From Polyangiaceae bacterium (GTDB lineage Bacteria; Myxococcota_A; Polyangia; Polyangiales; Polyangiaceae), in assembly GCA_050287085.1 (NCBI GenBank), contig JBNKBE010000016.1, forward strand, positions 64,001-128,000: a stretch of DNA of 64,000 nt, written 5' to 3'. Under the pieces are notes generated by a model that saw only the letters and a list, made by a program, of their open reading frames with translations, had not been told where the DNA came from and searched no databases. This document shows, one piece after another, positions 37,993-47,208 of this stretch (positions are counted from its first letter, which is position 1; every line of letters begins with the position of its first letter). The position numbers were made by a program, and so were the translations under genes.

Positions 37993-39630
37993 ATGCAGCT
38001 GGCTTGCGTCACTACGACGTCAACGGGCATTCCTCACGGCTTGTACGTTTGCGCCCTACTACTCGTGTGCGCCTTGGTAGGGCAGGGGCTGAGTCTAGCA
38101 ATTGCAAGTGCGCGGCGAAGCTCTCCCCACGGATACCCGAGCGTTTTGCTGGCGGTGGCTGCTCTCTCGGCCGCCGCCTCTGTGGTCATCGGCGACGGCT
38201 TCATCGCGCTTAGAGTCGGCGCGCCTGGGCTGGACACGCCTTACGCGTTGGGCGTCGGAATATGGGTCGACCGCGTGACTGCTGCGATGGCGACGCTCGT
38301 CTGCTTCGTGGGCCTGGTTGTCTATCGGTTCTCGCAAACCTACTTGCGCTCCGAGGTGGGGCGCGACGCATTTCTGCGGAAGCTAGCACTCGCCGTGCTG
38401 TTGGTGCAGGTATTTGCACTGAGCAGCGGCTTGCTCGGGCACGCGGTGCTCTGGTTGTTCTTGAGCGTGTCGGTGCATCGCTTGCTTCGGCACTACGAGG
38501 AGCGCCCCTTGGCGCGATTGGCTGCCAAGAAGAAGTTTCTCATCAGCCGAGTGGGGGACGCGTTCATGGTCTCGGCGCTGGTTCTCATGTTCGGGCAATA
38601 CGGCAGTCTGGACATTGAGGAGCTCCAGCATCTTCGCGTCGCTACCAGCGGCGGGGAGCGACTAGCAGATGTGCTCTCCGGGGCGTTCTTGGTGCTGGCT
38701 GCTCTGGCCAAGTCTGCTCAGTTTCCTCTGCACACCTGGCTGCCCGATGCGATGGACGCACCCACGCCGGTGTCAGCTCTGATGCATGCAGGAATCGCCA
38801 ATGCGGGCGCGTTCCTGTTGCTTCGAGCTGCCGCTTTGCTGGACGGCAACGCTCTTGCGCTCTGTCTTCTTATCGCTGTCGGAGGGACGTCGGCGTGTTT
38901 CGGGGTGCTGATAGGCAGCCTTCAGCCGAGCATCAAATTGAAACTTGCGTGGTCGACGATAGCGCAGATGGGCTTTCTGTTCTTTGAGCTGGGCCTTGGA
39001 TTGACCGGCGCGGCGGCGTTGCACCTGGCGGGTCATGCGGTGTACAAGGCCCATCGCTTTCTGCGTTCCGGCACGCTCTGTGCCAAAGGCAGACCGTTGC
39101 GACCTCGTCTTGGGTCCGTGCTGAGTGTGGTCCTCGCTGCCGCGTTGGCAGCTGGCGTGGGCTTGTGGGGGCTTGCGAGGTGGGGCGGGTTCGACACGGC
39201 CGGCCACGCGCCTCTGGCTATGGTCTGGGCGCTTGCAATGAGTCAGTTCCTGATCGGACCGCCTGAGGTGCCGCTCCGGATCCGCGCCTGGACGTTGCTG
39301 TTGTTTGGCGGCGGTCTTGGAGCCCTCGCCTGGGCAGCGGAGACGGCGATTACGCCGTGGTTTGGAGTATTGTCAAGTCCACTTCACAGCAGCCAGAGCG
39401 CTTGGCTGATTGCCTGGGCTGTTGCGGGGCTGGCGGGAGTTGTGGCGGTTCTTTGTGCGGTGGGGGAGTGGCGGAGTCAGTGGCTCGAGAGGCTATCGGT
39501 CTACCTGCTCTCCGGCTTCTACCTCTCCGACTTTCAGGATCGGCTCACGATGGCGCTGTGGCCCGACGTGGTGAACAGGCAGCCAATCCGCGCGCGACTC
39601 ACTAGACGGTTCGAAGGAGCCCTCAGATGA
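37993..39630 (+). CDS. dabB: DabB: proton-conducting membrane subunit (NuoL/MrpA-like) of an inorganic carbon pump
   Basis: 'AAKKKFLISRVGD', 'KSAQFPLHTWLPDAMDAPTPVSALMHAGI', 'LAWSTIAQMGF', 'HAVYKAHRFL'. Coupled to a DUF2309 gene. Confidence 0.87.
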   Translation: MQLACVTTTSTGIPHGLYVCALLLVCALVGQGLSLAIASARRSSPHGYPSVLLAVAALSAAASVVIGDGFIALRVGAPGLDTPYALGVGIWVDRVTAAMATLVCFVGLVVYRFSQTYLRSEVGRDAFLRKLALAVLLVQVFALSSGLLGHAVLWLFLSVSVHRLLRHYEERPLARLAAKKKFLISRVGDAFMVSALVLMFGQYGSLDIEELQHLRVATSGGERLADVLSGAFLVLAALAKSAQFPLHTWLPDAMDAPTPVSALMHAGIANAGAFLLLRAAALLDGNALALCLLIAVGGTSACFGVLIGSLQPSIKLKLAWSTIAQMGFLFFELGLGLTGAAALHLAGHAVYKAHRFLRSGTLCAKGRPLRPRLGSVLSVVLAAALAAGVGLWGLARWGGFDTAGHAPLAMVWALAMSQFLIGPPEVPLRIRAWTLLLFGGGLGALAWAAETAITPWFGVLSSPLHSSQSAWLIAWAVAGLAGVVAVLCAVGEWRSQWLERLSVYLLSGFYLSDFQDRLTMALWPDVVNRQPIRARLTRRFEGALR

Positions 39631-42014
39631 CTTCCTTTCATCCCACCCACGTGAGTTCGCGGGCCCGTCCAACTGTCGTTCGCGACCTCGACCACGTGAT
39701 AGCCCGCGCGTGTCGCCGTATCCCGCCATTGTTCAACGTTCAGGACATGGCGGCTGTAAACCCGTTCATTGGCTTCATCGACCAGGGCTTTGTCGACGCT
39801 GCAGTGGCCGTTGAACAGACTTTTCACGAGCAGATATTGCCAGGACCGCCAGGACCGGACGGTCCTCGCGTTCAAAGCGTTGCGGACGTCCTGATGGGCA
39901 CTCATTGGGCAGCATGCGTGCGCAATCTCAGGGACAGCCTGACGCACTTCTTGTCGTTCTACCTGGACGAGGATCAGGCTTGTATCCAGCCGCGGTTCAA
40001 AGAGCTGCCGCTCTTGGCGGCGTATATTCGATATGCCAGGGTCGATCGCAAGCCGGAGCTTTGGGGGCTCAGGGGATATCGGTCGCTGGTCTGTGCCTTG
40101 AGCTCAGAGTCCAGGCGGGCCATCGAGAGTCTGAGCGCGCCACTAGACCTGTGTTCCACGAGACTTGAGCTGTATTTCACGCGCCTATTGGCCTCGCTTG
40201 CGGGTTATGCTGGTTTCCTTCGCTCCCTGGGTTGCCGGGCGGACGCCGGGTACGTTGGCGCGACGCAGGACTTGCTTGCCATCCTGCTGTTCCAGGAGCA
40301 GGTCCTGGCGCGGTGTTTCGGCGTGCGATCGGGGCCTCGCTTCACGCCAGGTGCCCCCGACTTCTTCGAAGATCGGCAGAAGCGCGCTGCAGCGCTCCGC
40401 GCGCGAGAGCAAAGCGTACGGCAGGGTATTGTCGACCAGCTCACCCCGGTGCCGCTCAGCGGACGGCGTGCTCAGTTGCAGCTGCTATTCTGCATCGACG
40501 TGCGCGCCGAGCCCTATCGCCAACTGCTGGAGCGTGACGCCAGGGTGGAGACCGTGGGGATGGCTGGTTTCTTTGGCGTGCCCCTCGCCAAAGAAGCGGA
40601 TGGCAAGCAGCGTCCGCACTGTCCGCCCCTGGTGCAGCCCACCATCACCCTCGTCGACAGGGCGCCGGCGGATGATACGAAGGCGCAGCTGGGGGCCTCT
40701 TTCAAATCCGTATTTGAGGCGCCGCTTTCAAGCCTACCCTGCGTGGAAGCATGGGGACTGAGCTACCTCTTCAAGTTGGTGCGAGACGCATTCCCGGACG
40801 GCAAAGTCCAACACGCGGAGCGCGACGAAGAGTGCACGTGTGATGCCAGCGTGGAAGCGCTGCCATTGGAGACGAAGAAGACGCTTGCTATAGGTATACT
40901 CAGTGCCGCCAGTTTGCCGCGCCCGTATGGACGCTTGGTCGTCTTTGTCGGTCATGGTAGTTCGGTGAGCAATAACCCGCAGGGAGCAGGACTCGCGTGT
41001 GGTGCCTGCAGTGGTCATAGTGGTGCACTCAACGCGCGGTTTGCGGCGGCGCTGTTGAACAATGAGGTGACCCGCTCCGCTCTGGCGGGGACCCCCTTGG
41101 CGATCGACCAGGAGGTCGTGTTCTTGGCGGCCGAGCATGACACGATGACTGAGCGGGTGAAGGTCTTCGTTCCGGCCATGTTTCCGGCTTCTCATCGCGA
41201 AGATCTGGAGTTGTTGCGCGCCGAATTGGATGCGGCGACCGAGGCCCGCTGCGAGCAACGACGGCATTCGACACCAGGACTGAGCGGCACGGGACCGGAG
41301 GCCTTCGTCAGGCGTTCTCGAGACTACGCTGAGAGCCAGCCAGAGCTGGGGCTTGTGGGCAATGCGGTATTTATCATTGGGCGTCGCGCGCTCAGTCGCG
41401 CTCGTGGGCTGGGGGCCCGTGCCTTCCTGCACTCCTACGATGAAGCTCAAGACGGCAGCGGCGAAGTGCTGGAGCAGATTCTGACGGCGCCGGTGTTGGT
41501 CGCCAGCTGGATCAACATGCAATACTATGCCTCCACCGTGGCCCCCCGCATCTTTGGCGCTGGCAGAAAGACGCTACACAACATCACGGGGGACTTTGGC
41601 GTCGTCGAAGGAAGCCGTGGAGATCTGGTGGTCGGTTTGGCTCGCGAGTCCTTATGGCAGGGAGGCCGTAGCGTTCACGAACCGCTGCGACTCCAGATAT
41701 TGGTTGAAGCAAGCCTCAAGAGGCTCCTACCCATCGTTCAACGGCATGGGGTTCTGCGTCAGCTGGTTGAGGGGGAATGGCTGACAATGAGCGTCATTCG
41801 CGATACAAGGATGGGGCTCAGGGTGGAAACCGTAGAGCCGTCGAGCTTGACGCCACGCCGCCCAGGGCGGGGCGCAGGGGTCCTGCGGGGCGCAGGGGTC
41901 CTGCGGGGCGCCCCGGTCTCAGCCGTCTCCGACTCAGCCAAGTCCCAAGTTTGGCTCGATGGAGCTAGAGCGCGCTCAGTCCACCATCGACGGCTAGTTC
42001 TTGACCGACGATGA
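39627..42014 (+). CDS. dabA: DabA (DUF2309): beta-carbonic-anhydrase-like subunit of an inorganic carbon pump
   Basis: 'AVNPFIGF', Zn ligands 'FCIDVR', 'GHGS..NNP' and 'ACGACSG', plus 'FLHSYD', 'WINMQYYAS' and 'HEPLRL'. Confidence 0.92.
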   Translation: MTSFHPTHVSSRARPTVVRDLDHVIARACRRIPPLFNVQDMAAVNPFIGFIDQGFVDAAVAVEQTFHEQILPGPPGPDGPRVQSVADVLMGTHWAACVRNLRDSLTHFLSFYLDEDQACIQPRFKELPLLAAYIRYARVDRKPELWGLRGYRSLVCALSSESRRAIESLSAPLDLCSTRLELYFTRLLASLAGYAGFLRSLGCRADAGYVGATQDLLAILLFQEQVLARCFGVRSGPRFTPGAPDFFEDRQKRAAALRAREQSVRQGIVDQLTPVPLSGRRAQLQLLFCIDVRAEPYRQLLERDARVETVGMAGFFGVPLAKEADGKQRPHCPPLVQPTITLVDRAPADDTKAQLGASFKSVFEAPLSSLPCVEAWGLSYLFKLVRDAFPDGKVQHAERDEECTCDASVEALPLETKKTLAIGILSAASLPRPYGRLVVFVGHGSSVSNNPQGAGLACGACSGHSGALNARFAAALLNNEVTRSALAGTPLAIDQEVVFLAAEHDTMTERVKVFVPAMFPASHREDLELLRAELDAATEARCEQRRHSTPGLSGTGPEAFVRRSRDYAESQPELGLVGNAVFIIGRRALSRARGLGARAFLHSYDEAQDGSGEVLEQILTAPVLVASWINMQYYASTVAPRIFGAGRKTLHNITGDFGVVEGSRGDLVVGLARESLWQGGRSVHEPLRLQILVEASLKRLLPIVQRHGVLRQLVEGEWLTMSVIRDTRMGLRVETVEPSSLTPRRPGRGAGVLRGAGVLRGAPVSAVSDSAKSQVWLDGARARSVHHRRLVLDRR
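41867..41911 (+). repeat. 18-bp tandem repeat x2.5 in the 3' tail of dabA
   Basis: gcggggcgcaggggtcct twice, then gcggggcgc; encodes RGAGVL RGAGVL RGA. Confidence 0.85.
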
Positions 42015-42732
42015 ACGATGCCTCGTCGGAAAGGAGGAAAGCTGCTGCGGCGGCCACCTCCGCCGGCCGTCCAAGACGTCCGAGCCGCATCCGCTGATGG
42101 ACGTAGGGTGCCATTTCTTGGGCCTGTGCGTCCGTCATCGTGATCTTGCTCAGAATGGGCGTTTCGGTCGGCCCAGGAGAGACTGCGTTGACGCGGACGC
42201 CCAGCGGTAGGAGCTCCGCCGCCAAAGACCGGACCAGGGAGCGCATGGCGGCCTTGCTAGCGCCATACACGGAGCCATTGGGCGCTCCAATCCTGCCGGC
42301 GACACTAGTTGTGAATACAACGCTGGAACCCGAAACGAGCAACGGCAAGGCGTGCTTCAGCGTGAATAGGGCACCCTTGACGTTGACGTCGAAAACCCGG
42401 TCGAAGTGGGCTTCGTCAAGCTCTGCCAGCGGACTAAACTCCGCGATGCCCGCATTGACGAGCAGTGCATCGAGGTGGTCGTTGGCCGCCTTCACGCTCT
42501 CGAATAGTCGCGTTAGATCAGCGCTGGACGTAACGCTGCCGGCTACACAGGTCACCTCGCCGTCGATGTGGTTTCGGGCCGCGGCCAGGTCGTGCTCGCT
42601 GCGGGCAAAGAGGAAGACATGGTGACCACTCTGGGCGAGGCGTTGTGCTGTGGCGAGGCCAATCCCGGTGCTGCCGCCTGTAATGACCGATACCTTGGAG
42701 GGCGTTGAGCTTGAGTGCTTGTGTTGTGTCAT
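41965..42732 (-). CDS. Short-chain dehydrogenase/reductase
   Basis: 'TGGSTGIG', 'VNAG', YxxxK 'YGASK', 'VSPGPTET', 'VDGG'. Confidence 0.95.
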   Translation of the reverse strand: MTQHKHSSSTPSKVSVITGGSTGIGLATAQRLAQSGHHVFLFARSEHDLAAARNHIDGEVTCVAGSVTSSADLTRLFESVKAANDHLDALLVNAGIAEFSPLAELDEAHFDRVFDVNVKGALFTLKHALPLLVSGSSVVFTTSVAGRIGAPNGSVYGASKAAMRSLVRSLAAELLPLGVRVNAVSPGPTETPILSKITMTDAQAQEMAPYVHQRMRLGRLGRPAEVAAAAAFLLSDEASFIVGQELAVDGGLSAL

Positions 42733-42754
42733 GGCGAAGTTCTATGCTGCCGAT

Positions 42755-43687
42755 GTGTCTGATCCGCACGAAGCAAAAGCGCCGTGGGGTGTTGCTCATA
42801 AGCAACAGCCCACGTGGGACGACTTGCGGGTCTTCGCCGAGATTGCCGCGACGGGCTCGATTCGCTCGGCCGCGCGTGGTCTGCAGTTGAATCCCTCGAC
42901 GGTTTCTCGTCGCCTGGCTGCGTTGGAAGAGGCGCTGAACGTCCGCCTGTTCGAACGTCATCCGGAGGGACTCAAGCTTACGGTTGCAGGCCTTGAAGCA
43001 CAGGGGCTTGCAGCTCAGATGGGCGGGCAGATGCAGGCCTTCCAGCGCCGTCTTGCGGGCAAAGAGCAGCGGCTGGCGGGCAGCGTTCGCGTGACCACTG
43101 CGGAGGCTACAGCATCGCTCGTCAGTGAGGGCTTGGCTCGTTGTGTTCGACTGCATGGGGAACTGCACATTGAGCTGGTGGTCAGTGATCAGATGGCAGA
43201 TCTTGACCGCCACGAGTCGGAGGTTGCGTTACGAATGGCCGATAGCCCTTCGGAGCATCTGGTTGGACGCCGCCTGGGAACCGCCGCGGTCGCCCTTTAC
43301 GCCGCCCGTAGCTACCTTGAGCGACGTTCCGGCAGTGTCCCTCTGACCCAACACGATTGGGTTGAGTGGCCCGACTACGTACGCCACAAGAAGGCCTTCC
43401 GCTGGCTCGACGAGCACTATCCGCGGCGCCACGTCGTGCTCAAGGCCAATTCTTCAGGCGCCGTACGCTCGGCCGTGCAGGCAGGGGTCGGGGTCGCTCC
43501 GCTAAGCTGCGTACAAGCCGAGGCTGACCCTTGGCTCGTGCGCCTGCAGCATCTGCCGGAAGACTGCGGAACGCCCGTATGGCTGGTGACGCATCCAGAC
43601 ATGCGTTCTGCCCCCCGCGTTCGCGCCGTGATGGACTGCATTGCTGAGCAGCTGCAAGTCCGTCGCGCATGGCTGGAAGGGCGTTGA
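42755..43687 (+). CDS. LysR-family regulator (start uncertain)
   Basis: 'WDDLRVF...GSIRSAARGLQLNPSTVSRRLAALEEALNVRLFER' and 'WLVTHPDMRSAPRVRAV'. Divergent from the SDR gene. Confidence 0.9.
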   Translation: MSDPHEAKAPWGVAHKQQPTWDDLRVFAEIAATGSIRSAARGLQLNPSTVSRRLAALEEALNVRLFERHPEGLKLTVAGLEAQGLAAQMGGQMQAFQRRLAGKEQRLAGSVRVTTAEATASLVSEGLARCVRLHGELHIELVVSDQMADLDRHESEVALRMADSPSEHLVGRRLGTAAVALYAARSYLERRSGSVPLTQHDWVEWPDYVRHKKAFRWLDEHYPRRHVVLKANSSGAVRSAVQAGVGVAPLSCVQAEADPWLVRLQHLPEDCGTPVWLVTHPDMRSAPRVRAVMDCIAEQLQVRRAWLEGR

Positions 43688-43711
43688 GTGCGCCTTTGGG
43701 GCCATGACGCG

Positions 43712-44593
43712 TCAGCGTTCCGCGAGAGCAGCCTCGGCGCAGCGCGATAGCCAGGCTTCCAGCCGAAGGTCGGCAGCGCCGCGGTCTCGTCGTTCGCGCG
43801 CCCGTGCCAGTAGCGCCTGCGCCTTACGCTTCCGCGCCAATGCACGTCCGCCCGTCGCTGACCACAACGCTTCTAGCTCAGAATCCGTCAATTCACGGAA
43901 CGCCCCGATGGCCAACTCGTCGCAACGGAGCGGTCCAACCTGTTTTCGGTGTAGATGGAGCAGTCGCAGATTGAGCGCGCGACACATCCTTCGAATTTGG
44001 CGGTTCTTTCCTTGGTCGAGCACGAGCTCCACCTCGCCATAGTGAGGCGATAGTGAGACCACCCGTGCAGCCTTCGCTCCATCGTAACGCTGATCGGTCC
44101 GGCAGGTCAGCGCGGCTATTCGCGGGTCGTCATTTGTGAGTTCCTCATTTAGCCAAAGCCAATAGGTCTTATCGGTATGATGCTCTGGTCGCAGAATAGC
44201 GCTCGATAGATCCCCGTCTGTAGTAAACAACAGCAAGCCAGTGGTGTCGCGATCCAGGCGTCCTACGGGAAACGTACCGTCTGGCATCTGTCGTAGCCAA
44301 TCTCTGAGGTCACGGCCGCGTCCAGGTTCACATGACGACGATGTTGTTGCAGGCGGCTTGTTGAGCATGGCGACGAACTCGCGGGTTCGCGGGGTAACAT
44401 GCTTGCCATCGAGAAGAACTTGATCCTGCTCGAAGATGAGGCTGTCCAACTCTGCTCCTTGCTGTGGTGACTGAGCCTCCCATTGGACGCAAACGCGTCC
44501 GGCCGCAAAGGCTTCAGCGCTTTCCTCGACGGATAGGGAGGTACTGTCACTCAGGTATTTGGCAAGACGTCGTGGCAGGTACATGAGAGTCAC
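43712..44593 (-). CDS. RNA pseudouridine synthase (RsuA/RluB/E/F family)
   Basis: 'LNKP', catalytic 'VGRLDRDTTGLLLFTTDG', and 'GKNRQIRRM'. Confidence 0.93.
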   Translation of the reverse strand: MTLMYLPRRLAKYLSDSTSLSVEESAEAFAAGRVCVQWEAQSPQQGAELDSLIFEQDQVLLDGKHVTPRTREFVAMLNKPPATTSSSCEPGRGRDLRDWLRQMPDGTFPVGRLDRDTTGLLLFTTDGDLSSAILRPEHHTDKTYWLWLNEELTNDDPRIAALTCRTDQRYDGAKAARVVSLSPHYGEVELVLDQGKNRQIRRMCRALNLRLLHLHRKQVGPLRCDELAIGAFRELTDSELEALWSATGGRALARKRKAQALLARARERRDRGAADLRLEAWLSRCAEAALAER

Positions 44594-47022
44594 TGGATGG
44601 GGGCGGGCGCTTCCTGGCGGAGTAGACTTCGCAGGTAGCGGGCGCCGGCACGTTCGTTGCCCCCGCGCAGGGTGCGCACTTGTTTCAGTACGACGTACCG
44701 TGGCATCGCTGTCTCCGCGGGCCAGCCTGCGCCCATGATCCTAAACTCGAAGTCGAGCATCGGCGGGGGGCTCTCAGTTCGGGGCCAGTGCTGGGCAACG
44801 CGCAGAGCGCTATTGGCCAGGGCGCTGAGATCCGCGTCAAGGAGCACCCGCGTCCCGACCCCAACGGCAGTTGAGAGGCTCCGTCGCTCGATGCCGATCT
44901 GAGCCCCTTGACCCTTCACGCGCGATACCTCTGGCCGTGGATCCCCGGGTTTAGGCAGTACCACCGAAATGGCGCCTACCTGCGCGTTGACGTTCATGGT
45001 GAACTCGCCCGGCTGCGTGCTGTCGAAGGTGAAGACACCGTTGGCTAGTTCCAGTGAGTCATCGAAGCGGGGGTGTACCAGCACCGCCATGGCACCGGCA
45101 AAGGGCTCGAGACCGAAGTGCATGCGTTCTTCAACGGCTGGCACGGAGAAGAACGAGGCCCAGGTCTTGAGCAACGCCCATTCCAAAGACTTTTTTTCGT
45201 GTGTGTCACGATCGGGATAGCCAGTCTCGGAGGAGTACAACCCGGCCCCGTTGAAGCCGTCCACGTCCTCAACGGTGCTCGAGGAGCGGAAGCGCAGCCC
45301 CACGCCTGCGTCCAGCAGTGCGAAATGCGCCCGCACGGAAGCCAGCACCTTGGCACGCAAGGCATCGGTGAGCGGAGTGGTGCGCAACACCCGACGCAGT
45401 CCGCCGAGTTGGCCCCAACGGCAGAAGGCGTGGCTCGTGGGTGCGTTGCGGCATGCCGGAGGGGGCAGTCGCCCAGGCGCTGCGGCAGACGCATTGGCGC
45501 CCTCCAGAGCCCAAACCCGCGCGCCGTGTTCGGAACGAAATAGCGGATCGCGCGACAGTGCTTCAAGCTCACTTTTCAGGGGGCGAATATGTTCGACGAA
45601 AGCCCGGGCGGCGATCGCCAGCGGTCGGTAGGGCGTCGTGACTGCGGGGACTGGCGCCTGGGGCGCTGCAAGTGCGGAGAGCAGGGTTGCCATCCCGGCG
45701 GCTTTGCCGCCCATCAGGCGTGGGTCGCTTCGCCCGTGTACCCATCGCAGATCGATGACGTAGGGACCGCTTGAGACGACACCGGGTGCGGATAGCGCGC
45801 TCTGTGGAGCTCGCTGGGCCTCGTAGCGCGTTAGCTCCGCCTCGGTGATAGGCACGACTCGCGCTTCGTCCAGCTCACATTGGAGTAGCACGGGTGCGCC
45901 CCGGGCCGCCAACTGGCGCAGCACCGGATCACGGTCTGCACCGCCGCGGTAGCAGTCCGGCAGTCCACGGTTGCGGGCGAGCAGTGCCAGGTGGGAGAGC
46001 GCGACTTGGGGCGAGCCCGTCAAGATACCTCGCACGTCTGGCAGCACGGAGGGGACGCGTGCTGAAAGCACGACGGCTGTCGGAGGCGCGTCGGCAGCAG
46101 TTTGCGTCGCGTCGGCGAGAAAGAGGTGCCCGGCGACGATGCCCTCGCTGTAAACCTCCGTGCGGTTGAGGGTGCCCAGCGCGGCATAGTTGATCCAAGT
46201 GGGACGGCCCCTGGGCGTGGCCAGGGCGCGTGCTGCGTCTTCCTGCGCAGCCGTTTGAGCTACGAAAAGCAGGTGTTCTGCGATTTCAGGGGGCAGTGCG
46301 GCGGTCAGTGCTGCGAAGAAGACGGCTAGCTCCTGTGTGGTGACGGCGTCCGTTTCGTCGACCATGAAGCCCCAGAGCGGCTCCTGGCGGCGGCCGCGAG
46401 CGGGGAGGTGGATGAGAGTGCCCGGCCCCAGCTGGCGGGGCTTCTGATTCATACCGAGTTCATAGAATATTGGAGCTGCAACGCGACCTTCGATAAGCTG
46501 AATGCCGCTGGGCAGGGCGCTCGCATGGGTGAGGGCCCATGTGCGAAACTCGCCTGGATGGGCCCATCGTCCCCTTTGCATTTGCATGTCTATTCCGGCC
46601 ACGGGGGCCCCATTGAGCAAACGAAACCAGAACCATTCGTCGTGGTAGTTGTAGTGGGTACCATCGAGGAAGCGGACGGACCGCTCAGAGGCGCTGGGGA
46701 ACTGGGTTACAACGAACTTGACGCCAGCCAGTCCGTCTTCGACGTAGTGTGGTACCATCGCCAGGCGATCGAATAGAGCGACGGAGTTGATGCTCGCTAC
46801 CGTGAAGTCCTGAAACTGACTCGAGGCTGACGGAGGTGGGACCTTGGGGGACTCGCACCCTGAGCACCCGGGCGCGGACGACCACAACCCGAGCACCACG
46901 ACAGCACCCCAACGCAGATTCACACGCCGCGCTAATCCGGTTAATGTTGGACGTCGTTGCGTTTGGTCGCACCCGTTGGAGGTCCCCCGCCACCCATCTC
47001 GGCGATATCCACGTGCCCACAT
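44590..47022 (-). CDS. Protein with a PEP/pyruvate-binding (PPDK N-terminal, ATP-grasp) domain and a probable export signal; start uncertain
   Basis: 'GGKAAGM', 'RFRSSSTVEDVDGFNGAGLYSS', 'KTWAS', 'MAVLVH', 'ANGV', 'DFEF', 'KQVR'. Also 'LSHLALLARNRGLP' upstream of the ATP-grasp. Confidence 0.75.
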   Translation of the reverse strand: MWARGYRRDGWRGTSNGCDQTQRRPTLTGLARRVNLRWGAVVVLGLWSSAPGCSGCESPKVPPPSASSQFQDFTVASINSVALFDRLAMVPHYVEDGLAGVKFVVTQFPSASERSVRFLDGTHYNYHDEWFWFRLLNGAPVAGIDMQMQRGRWAHPGEFRTWALTHASALPSGIQLIEGRVAAPIFYELGMNQKPRQLGPGTLIHLPARGRRQEPLWGFMVDETDAVTTQELAVFFAALTAALPPEIAEHLLFVAQTAAQEDAARALATPRGRPTWINYAALGTLNRTEVYSEGIVAGHLFLADATQTAADAPPTAVVLSARVPSVLPDVRGILTGSPQVALSHLALLARNRGLPDCYRGGADRDPVLRQLAARGAPVLLQCELDEARVVPITEAELTRYEAQRAPQSALSAPGVVSSGPYVIDLRWVHGRSDPRLMGGKAAGMATLLSALAAPQAPVPAVTTPYRPLAIAARAFVEHIRPLKSELEALSRDPLFRSEHGARVWALEGANASAAAPGRLPPPACRNAPTSHAFCRWGQLGGLRRVLRTTPLTDALRAKVLASVRAHFALLDAGVGLRFRSSSTVEDVDGFNGAGLYSSETGYPDRDTHEKKSLEWALLKTWASFFSVPAVEERMHFGLEPFAGAMAVLVHPRFDDSLELANGVFTFDSTQPGEFTMNVNAQVGAISVVLPKPGDPRPEVSRVKGQGAQIGIERRSLSTAVGVGTRVLLDADLSALANSALRVAQHWPRTESPPPMLDFEFRIMGAGWPAETAMPRYVVLKQVRTLRGGNERAGARYLRSLLRQEAPAPIQ

Positions 47023-47208
47023 GGGACCATTGTGCCGAGGTCAGGGGTTCCCCGCAACGCAGGCGCTTCGGAAACGCCCTGACCAGGGCGGGATCGTGGG
47101 AGGACGGACCTGGGAACAACGCAATGACGACACTTGCGTCGGTCAGCTCGCCTGGGAGCGCAGTCGGATCGGTTGCTCCGGCTCTCTGGATTTGTTCTTC
47201 TCGGCCCA

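Noticed and set aside
37993..39630. nuoL or mrpA
   Set aside because: No other nuo or mrp genes; it is coupled to DUF2309, which defines DabB.
44590..47022. PEP synthase or pyruvate phosphate dikinase
   Set aside because: It lacks the C-terminal PEP/pyruvate-binding barrel.
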